From positions 118,870-182,869 of the forward strand of contig JAYRGX010000002.1 in assembly GCA_041907545.1 (NCBI GenBank): DNA of 64,000 bases, given 5' to 3'. The translations under genes and the position numbers were made by a program. The DNA is from Bacteroides sp. Its GTDB lineage: Bacteria > Bacteroidota > Bacteroidia > Bacteroidales > Bacteroidaceae. Within the stretch, counting starts at the first letter, position 1. Each line of letters opens with the position of its first letter. Below are positions 60,797-64,000 of this stretch, piece by piece. The notes under the pieces were generated by a model. It did not search any database, was not told where the DNA came from, and saw only the letters and a list, made by a program, of their open reading frames with translations.

Positions 60797-61621
60797 ATGA
60801 ATAAGCAAGAACTATTTGAAAATATAAAACGAAAGAAATCCTTTCTCTGTGTAGGTCTGGATACCGACATCAAAAAGATACCCCAGCATTTACTTCAGGA
60901 AGAAGACCCTATATTCGCTTTCAACAAGGCTATTATCGATGCAACTGCCGAATATAGCATAGCTTACAAGCCCAATCTTGCTTTTTATGAAAGCATGGGA
61001 GTAAAAGGATGGATTGCTTTTGAAAAGACCGTTCAATATATCAAAGAAAATTATAGTGATCAGTTCATCATAGCCGACGCGAAGCGCGGTGATATCGGAA
61101 ACACATCGGCTATGTATGCCCGTACGTTTTTCGAAGAACTCAATATCGATTCTGTAACCGTTGCTCCATACATGGGCGAAGACAGTGTGACTCCTTTTCT
61201 TACTTATCCCAATAAATGGGTCATTCTATTGGCGTTGACAAGCAACAAGGGATCACACGATTTCCAAATGACAGAAGATCAGAACGGAGAACGTCTTTTC
61301 GAAAAAGTACTTCGCAAATCACAGGAATGGGCGGACAGCGAACAGATGATGTACGTGGTTGGAGCTACACAAGGACGCGCTTTCGAAGACATTCGCAAAA
61401 TTGTGCCCGATCATTTTCTATTGGTGCCCGGAATAGGTGCACAAGGAGGCTCTTTGGAAGAAGTTTGCAAGTATGGAATGAACGCATCTTGCGGACTGAT
61501 TGTAAATTCCAGCCGTGGTATTATTTATGCCGACAAAGGTGAAAACTATGCCGAGGCTGCAGGTGCTGCGGCGCAGGAGGTACAACAACAAATGGCAATA
61601 CAGTTAGAAGCTATACTCTAA
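60797..61621 (+). CDS. pyrF: orotidine-5'-phosphate decarboxylase (type 2)
   Basis: 274-aa ORF with the active-site region [13 protein letters not shown]. Confidence 0.92.
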   Translation: MNKQELFENIKRKKSFLCVGLDTDIKKIPQHLLQEEDPIFAFNKAIIDATAEYSIAYKPNLAFYESMGVKGWIAFEKTVQYIKENYSDQFIIADAKRGDIGNTSAMYARTFFEELNIDSVTVAPYMGEDSVTPFLTYPNKWVILLALTSNKGSHDFQMTEDQNGERLFEKVLRKSQEWADSEQMMYVVGATQGRAFEDIRKIVPDHFLLVPGIGAQGGSLEEVCKYGMNASCGLIVNSSRGIIYADKGENYAEAAGAAAQEVQQQMAIQLEAIL

Positions 61622-61735
61622 CGAACCAATAGCATCAGCATACAAACCATGTTTTAGAGTTGACAAGGTTGACAACACGCAAAAGATGTACATTACCGGC
61701 GTAAAGCAAAGAATTGAACTAGCAATTAAAGAAAT

Positions 61736-62965
61736 ATGTCACACGAAAGGAAAATAATAAACGATCCGGTTTTTGGATTTATCAATATACCAAAAGGATT
61801 GTTGTATGACATCGTACGCCATCCACTTTTGCAACGACTCAACCGCATCAAACAAGTAGGATTGTCATCTGTGGTCTATCCTGGTGCACAACATACCCGC
61901 TTCCAACACTCATTAGGTGCTTTTTACCTTATGACGGAAGCCATACAGAATCTTACGGCAAAAGGGAATTTTATCTTCGACAGTGAAGCTGAAGCTGTGG
62001 AAGCAGCCATACTGATGCACGACATCGGGCACGGTCCTTTCTCACATGTCTTAGAAGACACCATTGTGAAAGGGGTTAGCCACGAAGACATTTCACTCCT
62101 TCTCATGGAGCGTATCAATAAGGAAATGAACGGGCAACTCACTCTTGCCATCCAAATTTTTAAAGACGAATATCCCAAGCGTTTCCTTCACCAACTCGTT
62201 AGCGGGCAATTGGATATGGACCGCCTTGACTACCTGAGACGAGACAGTTTCTACACCGGAGTAACCGAAGGCAATATAGGTTCGGCGCGTATCATAAAAA
62301 TGCTCAATGTGAAAGACGACCACCTGGTCATTGAGTCGAAAGGCATTTATTCCATTGAAAATTTCCTAACCTCCAGACGTTTGATGTATTGGCAGGTATA
62401 CTTGCACAAAACATCTGTTGCTTATGAGAAAATGCTGATCAGCACTCTGCTCCGCGCCAAGGAATTGGCAAACCGTGGGGTAGACCTTTTCGCATCACCC
62501 GCCTTACATTTCTTCCTATACAACGATATAAACCGGGATGTATTTTACAATAACCCTGACTGCCTGGAGAATTACATAGAACTCGACGACAATGATATAT
62601 GGACATCATTAAAGGTCTGGTGCTCACACCCTGACGTTGTACTTTCCACCCTAAGCCGGGGAATGGTAAATCGTAAAATATTCAAGGTTGAAATTTCCAC
62701 AGAGCCAATAAGTGAAGAACGAAAAAAAGAACTAACTTTGCGCATCAGTCAGCAATTAAATATTTCAACCTCCGAAGCGAGTTATTTTATCTCTACCCCC
62801 AGCATCGAGAAGAATATGTACAATCCGGCAGACGACAGTATTGATATACTGTATAATGACGGAAGCATTAAAAATGTAGCGGAAGCATCGGATATGCTCA
62901 ACATTTCTTTGCTATCGAAGAAGGTGAAAAAGTATTACCTGTGCTACCTCCGTTTACCGAAGTAA
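61736..62965 (+). CDS. HD-domain phosphohydrolase (dNTPase/SAMHD1-like fold)
   Basis: 409-aa ORF with TRFQHSLGAFYL, HDIGHGPFSH and DMDRLDYLRRDS. Confidence 0.85.
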   Translation: MSHERKIINDPVFGFINIPKGLLYDIVRHPLLQRLNRIKQVGLSSVVYPGAQHTRFQHSLGAFYLMTEAIQNLTAKGNFIFDSEAEAVEAAILMHDIGHGPFSHVLEDTIVKGVSHEDISLLLMERINKEMNGQLTLAIQIFKDEYPKRFLHQLVSGQLDMDRLDYLRRDSFYTGVTEGNIGSARIIKMLNVKDDHLVIESKGIYSIENFLTSRRLMYWQVYLHKTSVAYEKMLISTLLRAKELANRGVDLFASPALHFFLYNDINRDVFYNNPDCLENYIELDDNDIWTSLKVWCSHPDVVLSTLSRGMVNRKIFKVEISTEPISEERKKELTLRISQQLNISTSEASYFISTPSIEKNMYNPADDSIDILYNDGSIKNVAEASDMLNISLLSKKVKKYYLCYLRLPK

Positions 62966-63049
62966 GCTAAAATATTCATGCAGCATTAAGGATATATTAA
63001 AAAAAAGTCCGTTATTTGCGGCGTAAAGTCATTAAATAGAAATTATAAA

Positions 63050-64000
63050 ATGGAGTTTTCGGCCAAACAAATCGCATCATTTATACAAGGAGAGATTATA
63101 GGAGACGAAAATGCAACAGTACACACTTTTGCTAAGATAGAAGAAGGGATACCAGGCGCTATTTCTTTCCTCTCCAATCCCAAATACACGTCATACATTT
63201 ATGACACACAAGCCAGTATTGTTCTGGTAAACAAAGATTTCGAGCCTGAGCAAGAAATAAAAGCCACACTGATTAAAGTGGACAATGCATACGAAAGTCT
63301 GGCTAAATTACTATCGCTCTACGAACAAAGCAAACCAAAGAAAACCGGCATCCACCCCTTAGCCTATGTGGATGAACAAGCTAAAGTAGGAAGTGATGTC
63401 TATATCGGTCCCTTTGCTTATATAGGCGCAGGAACGGTAATTGGCGATCAGACACAGATTTACCCACATTCTTATATAGGTGATCACGCAAAAGTTGGAG
63501 ACGGCTGTGTGATCTATTCGGGAGTTAACGTTTATCACGATTGCCGGATAGGAGATCGTTGTGTACTCCATTCGGGAGTGGTGATCGGTGCAGACGGATT
63601 TGGGTTTGCTCCAACCCCCGAAGGTTACGACAAGATACCACAAATAGGTATCGTAGTACTGGAAGATGACGTGGAAATCGGCGCAAATACTTGCATAGAC
63701 AGAGCAACAATGGGGGCAACAACCATACACAAAGGCGTGAAGTTGGATAATCTTATTCAGATAGCCCATAATGTGGAAATCGGTGCAAATACCGTTATGG
63801 CTTCACAAGTTGGCATAGCAGGTTCGGCTAAAGTAGGTGAATGGTGTATGTTTGGCGGTCAGGTAGGAATAGCCGGACACATTCACATCGGTAATAAAGT
63901 AAATCTTGGCGCACAATCGGGAGTACCCGGTAATATAAAGGACGGCAGCCAGCTGATAGGCACTCCCACTATGGAGTTAAAGTCTTATTTCAAAGCTGCA
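63050..64000 (+). CDS. lpxD: UDP-3-O-acylglucosamine N-acyltransferase, 5' part (runs past window end)
   Basis: Absent from the ORF track because there is no stop in the window. My translation reads [47 protein letters not shown], followed by hexapeptide repeats. Confidence 0.85.
   Translation, partial: MEFSAKQIASFIQGEIIGDENATVHTFAKIEEGIPGAISFLSNPKYTSYIYDTQASIVLVNKDFEPEQEIKATLIKVDNAYESLAKLLSLYEQSKPKKTGIHPLAYVDEQAKVGSDVYIGPFAYIGAGTVIGDQTQIYPHSYIGDHAKVGDGCVIYSGVNVYHDCRIGDRCVLHSGVVIGADGFGFAPTPEGYDKIPQIGIVVLEDDVEIGANTCIDRATMGATTIHKGVKLDNLIQIAHNVEIGANTVMASQVGIAGSAKVGEWCMFGGQVGIAGHIHIGNKVNLGAQSGVPGNIKDGSQLIGTPTMELKSYFKAA

Noticed and set aside
63359-63769. 136-aa minus-strand ORF
   Set aside because: It is antisense to the hexapeptide-repeat region of lpxD, whose plus-strand frame gives clear LpxD sequence.

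Overview
This 64-kb window looks like ordinary core chromosome of a Bacteroides/Phocaeicola-like organism (order Bacteroidales). The taxon call rests on about 25 perfect copies of the Bacteroides sigma-A -7 promoter box TAnnTTTG placed 5-120 nt upstream of start codons, on the lack of Shine-Dalgarno sequences, and on gene content. I call about 60 protein genes and 2 tRNAs, nearly all housekeeping.

Main gene blocks:
- Oxidative TCA branch operon on the minus strand, transcribed acn-icd-gltA.
- A complete ilvD-ilvB-ilvN-(acyl-ACP thioesterase)-ilvC operon.
- aroC, anmK, topB, gap, mscL and guaA.
- A dcp/dCMP deaminase/S41 protease cluster.
- recF plus a DUF721 (DciA-like) gene, then ribH and tRNA-Tyr/tRNA-Gly.
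- truA and nnr.
- A long plus-strand run: POT transporter, hpt, adk, obg, pgeF, phoH, purC, ubiE, aroE, TPM-lemA, purM, prfA, pyrF, HD hydrolase, lpxD (truncated by the window end).

I found no integrase, transposase, CRISPR array, toxin-antitoxin pair or recognisable defence cassette, so I do not claim a new multi-gene system.

The most interesting signals are non-coding:
1. A textbook leader-peptide transcription attenuator upstream of ilvD: a 24-aa Ile/Val/Leu-rich peptide with mutually exclusive antiterminator and terminator helices.
2. Four head-to-tail 22-bp repeats, each carrying a CCACAnCTGTG-type palindrome, in the 690-bp gap upstream of purM.
3. A cluster of GGTGCAATT motifs, including a perfect 24-bp palindrome, in an AT-rich, gene-poor stretch (about 5.95-7.98 kb) that also holds two orphan Cys-rich small proteins.
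4. A 102-bp nested inverted-repeat element after lemA.

Small-motif coordinates were counted by hand and may be off by 1-2 nt. CDS coordinates derive from the supplied ORF track, with starts revised by arithmetic where homology or promoter position argued for it.
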